From Actinomycetota bacterium (GTDB taxonomy: Bacteria; Actinomycetota; Acidimicrobiia; Acidimicrobiales; VFJN01): a stretch of DNA of 40,323 nt. The notes under the pieces were generated by a model that worked only from the letters and a program-made list of their open reading frames with translations, did not search any database and had not been told where the DNA came from. Shown here piece by piece: positions 8,570 through 18,575 of the stretch. The DNA lies in contig JBKPRS010000222.1 in the NCBI GenBank assembly GCA_046734695.1, forward strand, positions 1 to 40,323. The letters are read 5' to 3'. Each line of letters opens with the position of its first letter. Positions within the stretch are counted from its first letter, which is position 1. A program made the translations under genes and the position numbers.

Positions 8570-9889
8570 GTGGCGAGCGGAGATCTGACAGGCGGCACGC
8601 GTCTGAACGGGTATGTGGGGGCCTACCAGGACGCCGCGATGCGGCCGCGCACCGCCCGGGCGGTCGTGGGCCGGACCGTGACGCACGTGAACCTCGCTGC
8701 CGGCCCCGTCGCCGCGCCGCCGCAGGCGAGCGAGGCCCCGGCGCCCGAGGCCCCGGCGCCCACGGCGCGGCTGGACTTCCTCGACGGCATCCGGGCGCTG
8801 GCCGCCCTCTTCGTGGTCCTCCACCACGTCTACCTGACGGTCTACGACGGGTTCCCCACCAACACCGGGCCGGCGGTCCTCACGCCGCTGCTCTACGGGC
8901 ACTTCGGCGTCGCCGTCTTCATCGTCGTGTCGGGGTTCTCGCTCGGCTTGGCCCCGGCGAAACGTGGCTGGGAGCTCGGTCGCGGCGGCTACTGGACGTT
9001 CATGCGACGGCGCGCCTGGCGGATCATCCCGCCCTACTGGGCGGCCCTGGCCGTCTCGGTGGCGCTCGTGGCCGTGCTGGGCATCCGCACCCACGATGCC
9101 GTCTCGTGGAAGGGCGTGGGCACGCATTTCCTCCTGGTGCAGGATCTCGTCCAGGGAGCCTCGCCGAACGGGGCCTTCTGGTCGATCGCGGTCGAGTGGC
9201 AGCTCTACTGGATCTTCCCGCTGCTGTTGGTGGTGCGGCGGCTCAGGGGCCCGGTGGTGCTCACGGCGCTGGCCGTGTCCGCAGCCGTGGCGGTCGGCAT
9301 CGCAGCCGACCACGGTGGGGGCGTGGTCGTCGACAAGTTGCTGGGCCTTTCGCCCCAGCTCGGGGCCCTCTTCGTGTTCGGGCTGGTGGCCGCAGCCGCC
9401 ACGTCCCGGCCTCCGAGCCTGGGCGCCGGGCGCATCTGGGGCGGCCTCGCCGTGGCTTCAGGCCTCGCCGCCGTGTTCGCGTGTGCCTGGTTCGGCACCG
9501 CGCGGGCCGTCGCCGACCTCTACTGGCTGGACCTCGTGGTGGGCCTGGCCACCGCCTGCTGCCTGGCCTACGCCACCGGGGCGGCGACCAGCCGCACCCG
9601 GCATCTGCTCGAGCACAAGCCGCTGCTGAGCGTCGGGCGGTTCTCGTACTCGCTCTACCTCGTCCACGCTCCGCTGCTGCTGGTGGCGTGGGTGTTCGTG
9701 GTCGAGCCGCTCGACATGCCGGCCGGCGCCGATCTCGCCACGATGATGGGTGTAGTGGTCCCGTTGATCATCGCGGCCAGCTACGCCTTCCATGTGGCGG
9801 TCGAGCGGCCGTTCATCGAGCACCGGTCGTGGGCCGAGCTGCGCACGCACCGGGCGCGCCGGCGACCTGCGCATCTCGCCCGGACGTAA
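8570..9889 (+). CDS. Acyltransferase family 3 (OafA/YrhL-like integral membrane O-acyltransferase)
   Basis: 439-aa ORF with the conserved start of the domain, LDFLDGIRALAALFVVLHHV, and about 10 hydrophobic helices. An alternative ATG start is at 8639. Confidence 0.85.
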   Translation: MASGDLTGGTRLNGYVGAYQDAAMRPRTARAVVGRTVTHVNLAAGPVAAPPQASEAPAPEAPAPTARLDFLDGIRALAALFVVLHHVYLTVYDGFPTNTGPAVLTPLLYGHFGVAVFIVVSGFSLGLAPAKRGWELGRGGYWTFMRRRAWRIIPPYWAALAVSVALVAVLGIRTHDAVSWKGVGTHFLLVQDLVQGASPNGAFWSIAVEWQLYWIFPLLLVVRRLRGPVVLTALAVSAAVAVGIAADHGGGVVVDKLLGLSPQLGALFVFGLVAAAATSRPPSLGAGRIWGGLAVASGLAAVFACAWFGTARAVADLYWLDLVVGLATACCLAYATGAATSRTRHLLEHKPLLSVGRFSYSLYLVHAPLLLVAWVFVVEPLDMPAGADLATMMGVVVPLIIAASYAFHVAVERPFIEHRSWAELRTHRARRRPAHLART

Positions 9890-9953
9890 CGGGCCTTAAG
9901 CATACTGAATCATGCGATAGCATATGAATAAACACGGGCGGACAAAGGGGAAA
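9890..9953 (+). promoter_or_regulatory. Short AT-rich island with a direct repeat upstream of or overlapping the start of the giant secreted protein
   Basis: ttaAGCATACTGAATcatgcgatAGCATATGAATaaaca. The repeat AGCATA(C)TGAAT occurs at 9899-9910 and 9919-9929. The island is sharply AT-rich relative to its surroundings. An A/G-rich stretch AAAGGGG (9944-9950) precedes the alternative ATG at 9954. Confidence 0.35.
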
Positions 9954-12900
9954 ATGGTGGGCGGAGGCGCGCCGAAGTTGCGCGAGCATCGCCGCGGCAC
10001 GCGGTGGTTGATCCCGCTGGTCGCGAGCATCCTGTTGGTGGGTCCCGGAGTGGCGTCCGCGCCGCGCGCGTCGGCCGCACCACCAGGGAACTTCCAGACG
10101 TCGCTCGTCATCGGTGACGGGCTGGACGGGTCCTCGGGGTTCGAGATCGCCCCGGACGGCCGGATCTTCATCCTCGAACGGGCCGGGAAGATCAAGATCG
10201 TGAAGAACGGGCAACTGCTGCCCACTCCCTTCGCCGACCTGCCCTCCGAGGACACCGGTGACAGAGGGCTCATCGGGATCGCCTTCGACCCCGAGTTCGG
10301 GGTCGCGAACCACTTCGTCTACTTCTATTACACCGGCCACGACCTGCTGAACCACCTGGTCCGCTTCAGCGCGGACCAGGACGTGGCCCAGGAGGCGCCC
10401 CTCGAGCTGTTCCGGACCTCGTCGCCGTCCCAGCTCCTGCACGTCGGAGGCAGCATCCGCTTCGGACCCGACGGCAAGCTGTACTTCGCGGTCGGTGACA
10501 ACGGCCAGGGCGACAACGCCCAGGATCTGAGCAACCCCCACGGGAAGATCCTGCGCATCAACAAGGACGGCTCGATCCCGGCGGACAACCCCTTCGTGGG
10601 GCAGCCCGGCAAGCTGGGGGCCATCTGGGCGTACGGCTTCCGCAACCCGTGGCGCTTCCAGTTCGACGGCGCGACGGGCGAGCTGTATGGCGGCGACGTG
10701 GGCAACTTCAGCTGGGAGGAGGTCAACCACATCGTCAAGGGTGGCAACTACGGGTGGCCGCTGAACGAGGGCATGTGCACGGCGAACTGCGCCGGGTACA
10801 TCGACCCGATCCACACCTACCCCCACGACGGCAGCTCGGCCGCGGTCACCGGCGGGCCGGTCTACCGGGCAGGCATGTTCCCGCCCGAGTACCAGGGCGA
10901 CCTCTTCTTCGCCGACTACGCCCGGGGCTTCATCAAGCACGCCAACCTCGATGCCACCGGTCATGTCACGTCCGTCGAGGACTTCGACGACCAGGCGGGC
11001 AGCGTCGTCGACATGAAGATCGCGCCGGACGGCTCGATGTACTACATCACCTACTTCCCGGCTGCGCTCTATCGCGTCACCTTCAACACGACGTCCCACC
11101 TGCCGGTGGCCAACGCCTCGGCCGACGTCACCAAGGGCATCGAGCCGCTCACCGTGCACTTCTCCAGCGCCGGCAGCAGCGATCCCGACGGCGACCCGGT
11201 GAGCTACCACTGGGACCTCGGCGACGGGACGACCAGCACCGAGGCGAACCCGACGAAGACCTACCCGAACATCGGCGTCTACACGGCGCGGCTCACGGTG
11301 TCGGCGGCCGGGGACGAGGTGCCGGCGCAGCCCATCGTCGTCCAGGTCGGGGTGCCTCCCCAGCTCACCGTGGCTCTCCCCACCGAGGGCCAGCTGTACC
11401 GGGCGGGCGACACGATCAGCTACAACGCGTTCGCGTCCGACGCCGCCGGCTTCGACCTCGACGACGGCGACATCAAGACGTCGGTCAGGCTGCACCACGG
11501 CACGCACTTCCATCCCTTCGCCGGGCCGCTCACCGGCCGGGCCGGGTCGTTCACCATCCCCACCACGGGTGAAGCCTCGGCCGACACCTCCTACGAGGTC
11601 ACGGTGACCGCCACCGACGGCAACGGCCTGTCGGCCAGCAAGGTGGTCAACGTCTTCCCGCAGAAGTCCGAGATCAGCCTCGCCACCTCGCCGTCCGGGC
11701 TGGGCCTGTTCCTCGACAGCATCCCCGTGAGCACGCCGCACGAGGTCACGGGCGTCGAAGGCTTCCAGCGTGAGCTCTCCGCGCCGCTCTATGCCGTGGC
11801 CCATGACGGCACTCCGCTCCAGTTCGCCGGCTGGTCGGACGGCAAGCCGATCCGCCACACGATCACCACGCCGGTCGACGACGTCACGTACACGGCCAGC
11901 TACGAGGAGAGGCAGGCGTGGACGGCGACGTACTACGACAACATCACCTTCTCGGGCGCACCGGTGGTGACGCGCGAGGAGGAGGACCTCAGCTTCGACT
12001 GGGGGGGCGGCTCGCCCGATCCGGCGCTGCCCGGCAACCTCTTCTCGGCCCGCTGGACCAAGACCCAGAACTTCGCGGCCGGTCGCTACACCTTCACGAC
12101 CGTGGTCGACGACGGCGTCCGCCTGTACATCGACGGCAAACGGGTGATCAACCGGTGGTTCGGTGCGCCGAGCACGGCGTCCAGCTACACCGTGGACCTC
12201 GGCGTGGGCCTGCACACGATCAAGCTGGACTACGTCGAGATCTTCGGTGGCGCCAGCGTGTCGCTCGCCGTCGAGGCGGCCCATGAGCAGCCCGTCGGCA
12301 CCTACCGGGCGGAGTACTGGAACTGGTCGAGCATCAACGAGTTCCCCGCCACGAGCGCCGACATGTCGCGCGACGAGGCCGCGATCGACCACGACTGGGG
12401 ACCCGACTCGCCGGGCCCCGGCATCGGCACCGACCGCTTCCTCGCCCGCTGGACCCGCACGGCGAGCTTCACTCCGGGTGACTACCAGTTCTCGGTCACC
12501 GCGGACGACGGCGTGCGCCTCTTCGTCGACGGCGCCAAGGTCATCGACCGCTGGATCGACGAGGGGGCCACGACCTACACCGCGACGCTGCCGCTCGACG
12601 GCGCTCCTCACTCGATCGTGATGGAGTACTACGAGAGCGGCGGGGGAGCGGTCGCCCAGTTGGGCATCCAACGGGTCGGCGACCTGGTGCCCGAGACGCC
12701 CTACCACGCCACCTACTGGAACCTGCCGGACGGCGCGGACATCCCGCCGAGCATCCCGAGCGGCTCTCCGGACCTGGAGCGCGACGACGGGACCCTCGAC
12801 TTCGACTGGGACGACGGCTCGCCCGGCGCCCCCATCGGGTCGAACCGCTTCGTCGCCCGCTGGACCAAGACCGTGTCGTTGTCGGCGGGCCTCTACCGGT

Positions 12901-13895
12901 TCAGCGGCGTCCACGACGACGGCATGCGCGCCTACGTCGACGACGTGCCGGTCGTCAACGACTGGAGCGCGGGCAACACCTCCTTCAGCGTCGACAAGCA
13001 GATGACCGGCGGCACCCATCAGCTGCGGGTGGAGTACTTCGAGTCCGGCGGCGGCGCCAAGGCAGAGTTCACCTACGACCGGATCGGCCCGGTGGGGACG
13101 TCGGCGCCGTCCGACGGCGGGTACCAGGCCGAGTACTTCGCCAACACCGACCTGTCCGGCACACCGGTGCTGACCCGGCAGGACAGCGCCGTCGACTTCA
13201 ACTGGGCCGACGGCGCGCCGGGCGACGGCGTGCCCGCCAACAACTTCTCGGCCCGCTGGACCAAGTCCCTCGTCGTGACGGAGGACATCTCGTACGAGTT
13301 CACCGTCACGGTCGACGACGGCGCCCGCCTCTACGTCGACGGGGTCAAGGTGCTGGACAAGTGGTTCGGCCAGGGAGGCACGTCCACGTCCACGGTCACC
13401 GTGCACCTGGCTCCCGGCACGCACCCGGTCGTGCTCGAGTACCTCGAGCTGGGTGGCGGCGCCGTCGCCCGGTTCGGCTACGAGACCAGCGCCGAACCTC
13501 CGCCCGACCCGCCACCACCGTTCGCGGCGGAGTACTTCGACAACCCCGAGCTGACCGGCACGCCGGTGCTCGCGCGGGTGGACGCCGAGCTCGACTTCGA
13601 CTGGGGAGGCGGCTCTCCGGACCCCGCCGTGCCCACCAACAACTTCTCGGCCCGCTGGACGAGGACCGAGTCCTACACGGAGGGCACCTACCGGTTCAGC
13701 GTCACCGGTGACGATGGGATCCGGGTGCTGGTCGACGGCGTCCTCGTCGTGGACGGCTGGTTCTACCAGGCCCCGACCACTTACTCCGCCGACGTGCCAT
13801 TGACGGCGGGACTGCATACCGTGGTCATCGAGTACTTCGAGTTCGCCGGAGGAGCGGTGGCGTCGTTCACCGAGACGAAGGTCGCCGATGGCTAG
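9924..13895 (+). CDS. Large secreted multidomain protein: glucose/sorbosone-dehydrogenase-type (PQQ-dependent-like) beta-propeller + PKD + Ig-like modules + five PA14 domains
   Basis: 1323-aa ORF. The signal peptide is [25 protein letters not shown]. The SGDH-like region includes [58 protein letters not shown] and NYGWP. The PKD motif is [30 protein letters not shown]. It is followed by five repeats of the PA14 pattern Y.AEYF.N......P...R....IDFDWG.GSP......N.FSARWT......G.Y.F....DDG.RL.VDG. An alternative start is at 9954. Confidence 0.9.
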   Translation: MNKHGRTKGKMVGGGAPKLREHRRGTRWLIPLVASILLVGPGVASAPRASAAPPGNFQTSLVIGDGLDGSSGFEIAPDGRIFILERAGKIKIVKNGQLLPTPFADLPSEDTGDRGLIGIAFDPEFGVANHFVYFYYTGHDLLNHLVRFSADQDVAQEAPLELFRTSSPSQLLHVGGSIRFGPDGKLYFAVGDNGQGDNAQDLSNPHGKILRINKDGSIPADNPFVGQPGKLGAIWAYGFRNPWRFQFDGATGELYGGDVGNFSWEEVNHIVKGGNYGWPLNEGMCTANCAGYIDPIHTYPHDGSSAAVTGGPVYRAGMFPPEYQGDLFFADYARGFIKHANLDATGHVTSVEDFDDQAGSVVDMKIAPDGSMYYITYFPAALYRVTFNTTSHLPVANASADVTKGIEPLTVHFSSAGSSDPDGDPVSYHWDLGDGTTSTEANPTKTYPNIGVYTARLTVSAAGDEVPAQPIVVQVGVPPQLTVALPTEGQLYRAGDTISYNAFASDAAGFDLDDGDIKTSVRLHHGTHFHPFAGPLTGRAGSFTIPTTGEASADTSYEVTVTATDGNGLSASKVVNVFPQKSEISLATSPSGLGLFLDSIPVSTPHEVTGVEGFQRELSAPLYAVAHDGTPLQFAGWSDGKPIRHTITTPVDDVTYTASYEERQAWTATYYDNITFSGAPVVTREEEDLSFDWGGGSPDPALPGNLFSARWTKTQNFAAGRYTFTTVVDDGVRLYIDGKRVINRWFGAPSTASSYTVDLGVGLHTIKLDYVEIFGGASVSLAVEAAHEQPVGTYRAEYWNWSSINEFPATSADMSRDEAAIDHDWGPDSPGPGIGTDRFLARWTRTASFTPGDYQFSVTADDGVRLFVDGAKVIDRWIDEGATTYTATLPLDGAPHSIVMEYYESGGGAVAQLGIQRVGDLVPETPYHATYWNLPDGADIPPSIPSGSPDLERDDGTLDFDWDDGSPGAPIGSNRFVARWTKTVSLSAGLYRFSGVHDDGMRAYVDDVPVVNDWSAGNTSFSVDKQMTGGTHQLRVEYFESGGGAKAEFTYDRIGPVGTSAPSDGGYQAEYFANTDLSGTPVLTRQDSAVDFNWADGAPGDGVPANNFSARWTKSLVVTEDISYEFTVTVDDGARLYVDGVKVLDKWFGQGGTSTSTVTVHLAPGTHPVVLEYLELGGGAVARFGYETSAEPPPDPPPPFAAEYFDNPELTGTPVLARVDAELDFDWGGGSPDPAVPTNNFSARWTRTESYTEGTYRFSVTGDDGIRVLVDGVLVVDGWFYQAPTTYSADVPLTAGLHTVVIEYFEFAGGAVASFTETKVADG
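11919..13880 (+). repeat. Five tandem PA14-domain coding repeats (about 384-420 nt each)
   Basis: The units begin near 11919 (WTATYYDN), 12303 (YRAEYWNW), 12702 (YHATYWNL), 13122 (YQAEYFAN) and 13521 (FAAEYFDN). They are diverged at both protein and DNA level, so the duplication is not recent. Confidence 0.75.
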
Positions 13896-14559
13896 CGACG
13901 ACATCATCAACATCTCGTTCCACGGTGTGGGAGATCCGCTCGGGCCGCCGCGCGAGCCGGGTGAGCACGACTACTGGATCGGCCGTGACGCCTTCCTCTC
14001 GCTCCTGGACGAGGTGCAGGGTCGGGACGACGTCCGGCTGAGCTTCGACGACGGCAACGCGTCGGACGTGGAGGTCGCGCTGCCCGCCCTCGTCGAGCGC
14101 GGCATGACGGCCGACTTCTTCGTGGTGGCCGGCCGGCTCGGGAGCCCGGGCAACGTGGACGCCGCGGGCCTGGGCGCGCTGCGAGCCGCCGGCATGGGCG
14201 TCGGCACCCACGGCATGGAGCACCGGTCGTGGCGAGGCCTCGACGACGACGAGCTCGAGGTCGAGCTGGTCGAGGCCCGGCAGGTCATCGCCGAGGCGGT
14301 CGGGACGGCGGTCACCGCCGCCGCCCTTCCCCTCGGGCAGTACGACCGCACGGTCCTGGCCGCGCTGCGCAGGCATGACTACGAGGTCGTGTACTCCAGC
14401 GATGCCCGTCGTGTGCGGGAAGGCGCGTGGTTCCAGCCGCGGTACTCCGTGCGCGCCGGCGACACGCCGCGTTCGGTGCGCGAGACGGTCCTTGCGCCGC
14501 CCCGCGCCCACGAGCGCCTCCGGGGCCACCTCGCGGGGATCGCCAAGCGGTGGCGTTGA
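13888..14559 (+). CDS. Polysaccharide deacetylase (NodB homology domain, CE4-like)
   Basis: 223-aa ORF overlapping the upstream stop by 8 nt. NodB motif 1 is RLSFDDGNASD, followed by MTADFFVVAGRLG and GTHGMEHRSW. Confidence 0.85.
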   Translation: MASDDIINISFHGVGDPLGPPREPGEHDYWIGRDAFLSLLDEVQGRDDVRLSFDDGNASDVEVALPALVERGMTADFFVVAGRLGSPGNVDAAGLGALRAAGMGVGTHGMEHRSWRGLDDDELEVELVEARQVIAEAVGTAVTAAALPLGQYDRTVLAALRRHDYEVVYSSDARRVREGAWFQPRYSVRAGDTPRSVRETVLAPPRAHERLRGHLAGIAKRWR

Positions 14560-14562
14560 GCA

Positions 14563-15741
14563 ATGGCCTCAGGACCTGAGACGCCGGTGCGCCCTCATTG
14601 CCTGGTCTATGCGTCGTACTCGTTCAACGGCCACGGACCGTCCCAGAGCTGCGCGTCCATCGTGGCCAACTTTCCCGACGAGCTGTCGACGGAGATGGTC
14701 ATCGCTCGGGCCCGCACGCCGATGCCCGCCACGGTGCGGACCCTGCAGGCGTTGCCGCCCGTCGTGCGTGCCCTGCCGTGGCGGTTCGTCAGGAAGCACG
14801 CCGATGCTGCCGTCAACCGACGGTTCTCTGCTGCGCTCCGCCAGCACGATCCGGCCTCCACCGTGGTCTACATGTGGCCGGGTGCGCCCTTGTGGCTCAT
14901 CCGTGAGGCCCGCGAACGGGGCTTCCCGGTCGTCCGCGAGATGATCAACTGCACGTGCGCCACGCACGGCGAGATCCTCGACGCGGCCTACGAGGCGCTG
15001 GACATGCCGCCGGCTCATCTCGCGACGGCCCAGGTGATCGAGGACGAGATCCGGGAGCTCCACGAGTACGACTTCATGTTCGCCTCCAACCCCGAGGTGG
15101 AGGCGTCGCTGGAGCGCATCGGCATCCCGCATGACCGGATCCTGCCGGTGACGTTCGGCTGGACGTCGGACAAGTTCGCCCTGTCGGAGCCCGATCCGCG
15201 GCCGGAACGGGGAGTGCGGGCGCTTTTCGTGGGCATCATCGGCGTGCGCAAAGGGGTGCCTGAGCTGCTCGACGCGTGGCGCGATTCGGGCGTCGAAGGA
15301 GAGCTCGTCCTCGTCGGCAGCGTCGAGCCCGCCATCGCCGATCTCGTCGACCGCCATGTGCGCGACGGCCGGGTGAGGCTCACGGGGCACGTGAAGGACG
15401 TCGGTGCCAAGTACGGGAGCGCCGACATCTTCGTCTTCCCGACGCTGGAAGAGGGTGGCCCCCAGGTCACCTACGAGGCGGCCGGGTGCGGCCTGCCCAT
15501 CATCACGACGCCGATGGGCGCAGCCAGGCTCGTGGAGGACGGTCGCACGGGCATCGTCGTGCCCCCGGGGGATCGAGCGCAGTTGGCCGTCGCCCTGCGC
15601 ACGCTCGGCAACGACCCCGGGCTGCGGGCGCGCTACGGCGAAGCCGCCAGAGCGAGGGCCGGAGCGTTCGACTACCGCCACGTGGGCCTGGCCCGCGGCC
15701 GCCAGCTCGCCGAGATAGCGCTCAGCCGGCTGCCGAGCTGA
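14563..15741 (+). CDS. Glycosyltransferase family 4 (GT-B, Glycos_transf_1)
   Basis: 392-aa ORF with a C-terminal EX7E-type region, ADIFVFPTLEEGGPQVTYEAAGCGLPIITTPMGAARLVEDGRTGIVVPPGD. Confidence 0.9.
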   Translation: MASGPETPVRPHCLVYASYSFNGHGPSQSCASIVANFPDELSTEMVIARARTPMPATVRTLQALPPVVRALPWRFVRKHADAAVNRRFSAALRQHDPASTVVYMWPGAPLWLIREARERGFPVVREMINCTCATHGEILDAAYEALDMPPAHLATAQVIEDEIRELHEYDFMFASNPEVEASLERIGIPHDRILPVTFGWTSDKFALSEPDPRPERGVRALFVGIIGVRKGVPELLDAWRDSGVEGELVLVGSVEPAIADLVDRHVRDGRVRLTGHVKDVGAKYGSADIFVFPTLEEGGPQVTYEAAGCGLPIITTPMGAARLVEDGRTGIVVPPGDRAQLAVALRTLGNDPGLRARYGEAARARAGAFDYRHVGLARGRQLAEIALSRLPS

Positions 15742-15776
15742 GCCCCGATGCTACGTGCGGCCGCGCGGGCAGCGCG

Positions 15777-16844
15777 CTAGCCGTTGCACGGCTCGTCGGC
15801 CACGACCCCGGTCACCTGGTAGTTGGCATCGATGGTGACCAGCTTGGCCTCCCAGCTCGGGTGCCTGGAGCAGTCCACTCCGTCCATCGGGCCGTACACC
15901 CAGGCGTGGTCCACGATTCGGAGCCCCGTCACGTTGCCCGGCACCTCGTGCCGGAACGTGTAGCCGCCACCGCTGACGAGTAGTCGGTCCACGGTATAGG
16001 TCCCGGTGTTGACGGCGGGGTCCACCACGAACCAGGGCGCCGTGCCGCACGAGGTCTCGAAGATGATCGTGTTGTTGCGGGCGGTCGCGCCCACGCCGTA
16101 CACCGCCTGCACCCCGTCCGAGTGGACGTCGTCGCACGCCGCCGTGCCTTCGTCGGCTCCGTGGATGCTGATGAAGGAGTTCTCCAGCGTGACAGGCCCG
16201 CAATCCGACAGGCGCGGCCCCTCGCCGCGCCCCAGCACCTCGATGTTCCGGGCGGTGTAGGACCCCTCACCGATCACCGGATAGTCGCCGGCTGTGAACC
16301 CGCCGGGCGCCTGCTTGAACGTGACGTTCTCGACCAGCATGTTGTGGCCGCACCCGGCGGGGGCATCCCCGAACTGGTTGGTGATGAACCCGCCGAGCAT
16401 CTCCACCCTGCGGATCGTCACGTTGTCGGCGAAGACGCTGATGCTCGCCCCGTCCGTGAAGCGGACGTCCTCGACGACCGTGCCGGGCTGGCGGATCTCC
16501 ATGTCGGTCGAGACCGTCTGCGCGGGCGTCCATCCCGCCGGCACGCCGGTGCTCGCGGGGTTGGGGAAGCCGCCGGGAGGCGGCGGAGTCGACGACGACT
16601 CGGGGGCGCCGGTCGTCTCGGGGGGCGCAGTCGTCGCAGAGGTCGGAGGAGGCTTGAGGGCGGGCGTGGCGGCGGGGGGAAGAGTCGTTCCCGAGTCCGC
16701 GCCGGCGGTCGCGGAACCCGCCGCCTCCACGAGGCGCGGGTCCGAGTCGCCGCCCCGGGTGGCCGCCACCGCGACCGCGGCGGCCACGACCACGACCGCC
16801 CCGACCAGGCCCAGGACGAGCTTGCGAGATCTGCCTACCGCCAT
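15777..16844 (-). CDS. Secreted or membrane-anchored right-handed beta-helix-like protein (candidate polysaccharide lyase/epimerase/hydrolase)
   Basis: The ORF track gives 15777..16925. I prefer the ATG at 16844 (MAVGRSRKLVLGLVGAVVVVAAAVAVAAT is a signal or anchor). A Pro/Thr/Ala linker follows, then repeated PbH1-like strands: NVTIRRVEMLGG, MLVENVTFKQ, YTARNIEVLG, VTLENSFISIHG and ATARNNTIIFE. The coding call is solid. The function is inferred. Confidence 0.75.
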   Translation of the reverse strand: MAVGRSRKLVLGLVGAVVVVAAAVAVAATRGGDSDPRLVEAAGSATAGADSGTTLPPAATPALKPPPTSATTAPPETTGAPESSSTPPPPGGFPNPASTGVPAGWTPAQTVSTDMEIRQPGTVVEDVRFTDGASISVFADNVTIRRVEMLGGFITNQFGDAPAGCGHNMLVENVTFKQAPGGFTAGDYPVIGEGSYTARNIEVLGRGEGPRLSDCGPVTLENSFISIHGADEGTAACDDVHSDGVQAVYGVGATARNNTIIFETSCGTAPWFVVDPAVNTGTYTVDRLLVSGGGYTFRHEVPGNVTGLRIVDHAWVYGPMDGVDCSRHPSWEAKLVTIDANYQVTGVVADEPCNG

Positions 16845-17064
16845 CGTGATCGTCGTCCTCTCGTCAGTGCCAGCAGAGGGCGGAAGTCGGGATGCGACCC
16901 GCCCGCTGCAGGTCGTGATCCCCATCCGTCACCTGACGTGTCCCCATGCGACTGGGGGAGATCATGCCCTGCCAGGATGTTTCTCGCCAGTAGTGGGGAG
17001 CATCGGCCTCCGGTGACCACCGTCGGTGGCCCCGCCCTCGGCCCCTCCCATCGTCTGCCCGTCG

Positions 17065-17334
17065 TCAGCCGAGCTGCTCGTCCACGAACGCGGCCAGGCT
17101 GCCGAGCGTCTCGAACACGTCCGCCGTCACCTCGTCGCCGTCGACCTCGATGGCGAAGCGCTCCTCGAGGGCGTAGATGAGCTCGACCACCGCCATCGAG
17201 TCGAGCTCGGGCAGGCTGCCGAGCAGTTCGGTGGCGGCGTCCATGGCGCCGGCGCGGGCTTCGTCGATGCCGAGCGTGGCGGACACGACGGAACGTACCG
17301 CGTCGAGCGTGGTGGGGGCGGTGCCGGTGTTCAT
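17065..17334 (-). CDS. Acyl/peptidyl carrier protein
   Basis: 89-aa reading frame at the 3' end of track ORF 17065..18165. It carries the phosphopantetheine attachment motif LGSLPELDSMAVVELI. Its ATG at 17334 overlaps the upstream stop (ATGA, 17331-17334). Confidence 0.85.
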   Translation of the reverse strand: MNTGTAPTTLDAVRSVVSATLGIDEARAGAMDAATELLGSLPELDSMAVVELIYALEERFAIEVDGDEVTADVFETLGSLAAFVDEQLG

Positions 17335-18575
17335 ACGAGGACCTCGGGAGGCGAAGGGTGGCTGAGGAAGGCGGTCGGGCTGGCGGTCAGCCCGTAGGCA
17401 CCGGCCTGGAAGACGACGACGAGGTCGCCGATCTCGGCCGGAGGCAGAGCGACGGAATCGGCCAGCAGGTCGAGCGGCGTGCACAGCACGCCGACCACGC
17501 TGGCGGTCTCGCGGCCTGCGCCCGCCTCCCCGCCCATGCGGGTCCCGAGCGCGACCGGGTAGTTCCGCCGGATCACCTGGCCGAAGTTGCCCGAGGCGGC
17601 GAGCTGGTGGTGCAGGCCGCCGTCGACGACGAGGAACACCTTGCCGCGCGACTCCTTGCGGTCGATCACCCGCGTGACGTAGACGCCGGCCTCGCCGACG
17701 ATGTAGCGCCCGAGCTCGAGGTTCAGGCGGGCGTCCGGCAGTCGGGGGCGCACGAGCTCGTCCAGCAGTCCAGCCAGGTTGGCGCCGATGGGCGCGATGT
17801 CCAGCGGCTGGTCCTTCTCGCCGTAGGGGATGCCGAAGCCACCGCCCACGTTGAGGTAGCGCACCGGGAGCGGGGAGTCCTCCGCCAGGGCCAGCGCCAG
17901 CTCGACCGTCTTGCGCTGGGTCTCGCAGAGGATGTCGGCCCGCAGGTTCTGCGATCCCGCGAAGATGTGGAAGCCGAGGAAGTCGACCTCCGCGACGGAC
18001 AGCTCCTTCAGCAGCGCGGGGACGCGCTCGGAGTCGACGCCGAACTGCTGGGGACCCCCGCCCATCCGCATGCCGGACCCCTTGACCTGGAAGTCGGGGT
18101 TCACCCGGACCGCCACCCGGGGCCGGATGCCGAGCTCGTCCCCGATGGCGGCGAGACGCTGCCACTCGGTCTCCGACTCCATCTCCACGGTCACGCCGGC
18201 GGCCACCGCCTGGGTCAGCTCGTCCGGACGCTTGCCCGGCCCGGCGAAGCTGATGCGCTCCTCCGGCATGGCGGTGTCGAGCGCGACGCGCAGCTCGCCG
18301 GCGGAGGCGACGTCGAACCCGTCGACAAGGCCCCGGAGATGGTGGACCACCGCGGGCATCGGGTTGGCCTTGATGGCATAGCTGAGGTCGATCCCGCCGG
18401 GCAGCAGCCGCCGGAGCTCGCCGACGCGCTCGGCGATCTTGGCCCGGTCGTAGGCGAAGAACGGCGTGCCGCCGACCCGCAGGGCCAAGCGGTCGATGGG
18501 GATCCCACCGACTGCCAGCACGCCGCCGTCGACCTCATAGCCGGCGATCGTGGGATGCACGCGAAGCTCGGTCAA
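17331..18575 (-). CDS. PLP-dependent decarboxylase, Orn/DAP/Arg decarboxylase family (fold type III)
   Basis: This is the 3' part of track ORF 17331..20039. It has the PLP-lysine motif LSYAIKANP, the phosphate-binding NVGGGFGIPY, and HIFAGSQ. A TTG start at 18575 overlaps the ligase stop (TTGA). An alternative GTG start is at 18560. Confidence 0.9.
   Translation of the reverse strand: MTELRVHPTIAGYEVDGGVLAVGGIPIDRLALRVGGTPFFAYDRAKIAERVGELRRLLPGGIDLSYAIKANPMPAVVHHLRGLVDGFDVASAGELRVALDTAMPEERISFAGPGKRPDELTQAVAAGVTVEMESETEWQRLAAIGDELGIRPRVAVRVNPDFQVKGSGMRMGGGPQQFGVDSERVPALLKELSVAEVDFLGFHIFAGSQNLRADILCETQRKTVELALALAEDSPLPVRYLNVGGGFGIPYGEKDQPLDIAPIGANLAGLLDELVRPRLPDARLNLELGRYIVGEAGVYVTRVIDRKESRGKVFLVVDGGLHHQLAASGNFGQVIRRNYPVALGTRMGGEAGAGRETASVVGVLCTPLDLLADSVALPPAEIGDLVVVFQAGAYGLTASPTAFLSHPSPPEVLV

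Noticed and set aside
3198-9313. Long minus-strand ORFs (3198..5213, 6273..8162, 7580..9313) opposite the wzx, wzy and acyltransferase genes
   Set aside because: The reasoning is the same. Their composition is dominated by Arg/Gly/Pro/Asp/His and they have no domain signatures. The opposite strand encodes coherent multi-pass membrane proteins with family motifs.
9813-13913. A 1366-aa ORF on the minus strand spanning the whole giant-protein gene
   Set aside because: Its translation is Arg/Gly/Asp/Val/Pro-rich low-complexity sequence with no recognisable motifs. The plus-strand frame encodes clear propeller, PKD and PA14 domains. Long antisense ORFs are an expected artefact of very GC-rich DNA.
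15763-15777. GCGCG-ggcag-CGCGC hairpin between the convergent GT4 and beta-helix genes, considered as a bidirectional terminator
   Set aside because: It has only a 5-bp stem, no T/U tract, and it overlaps the stop codon of the minus-strand gene. It is too weak to call in GC-rich DNA, where such stems arise by chance.
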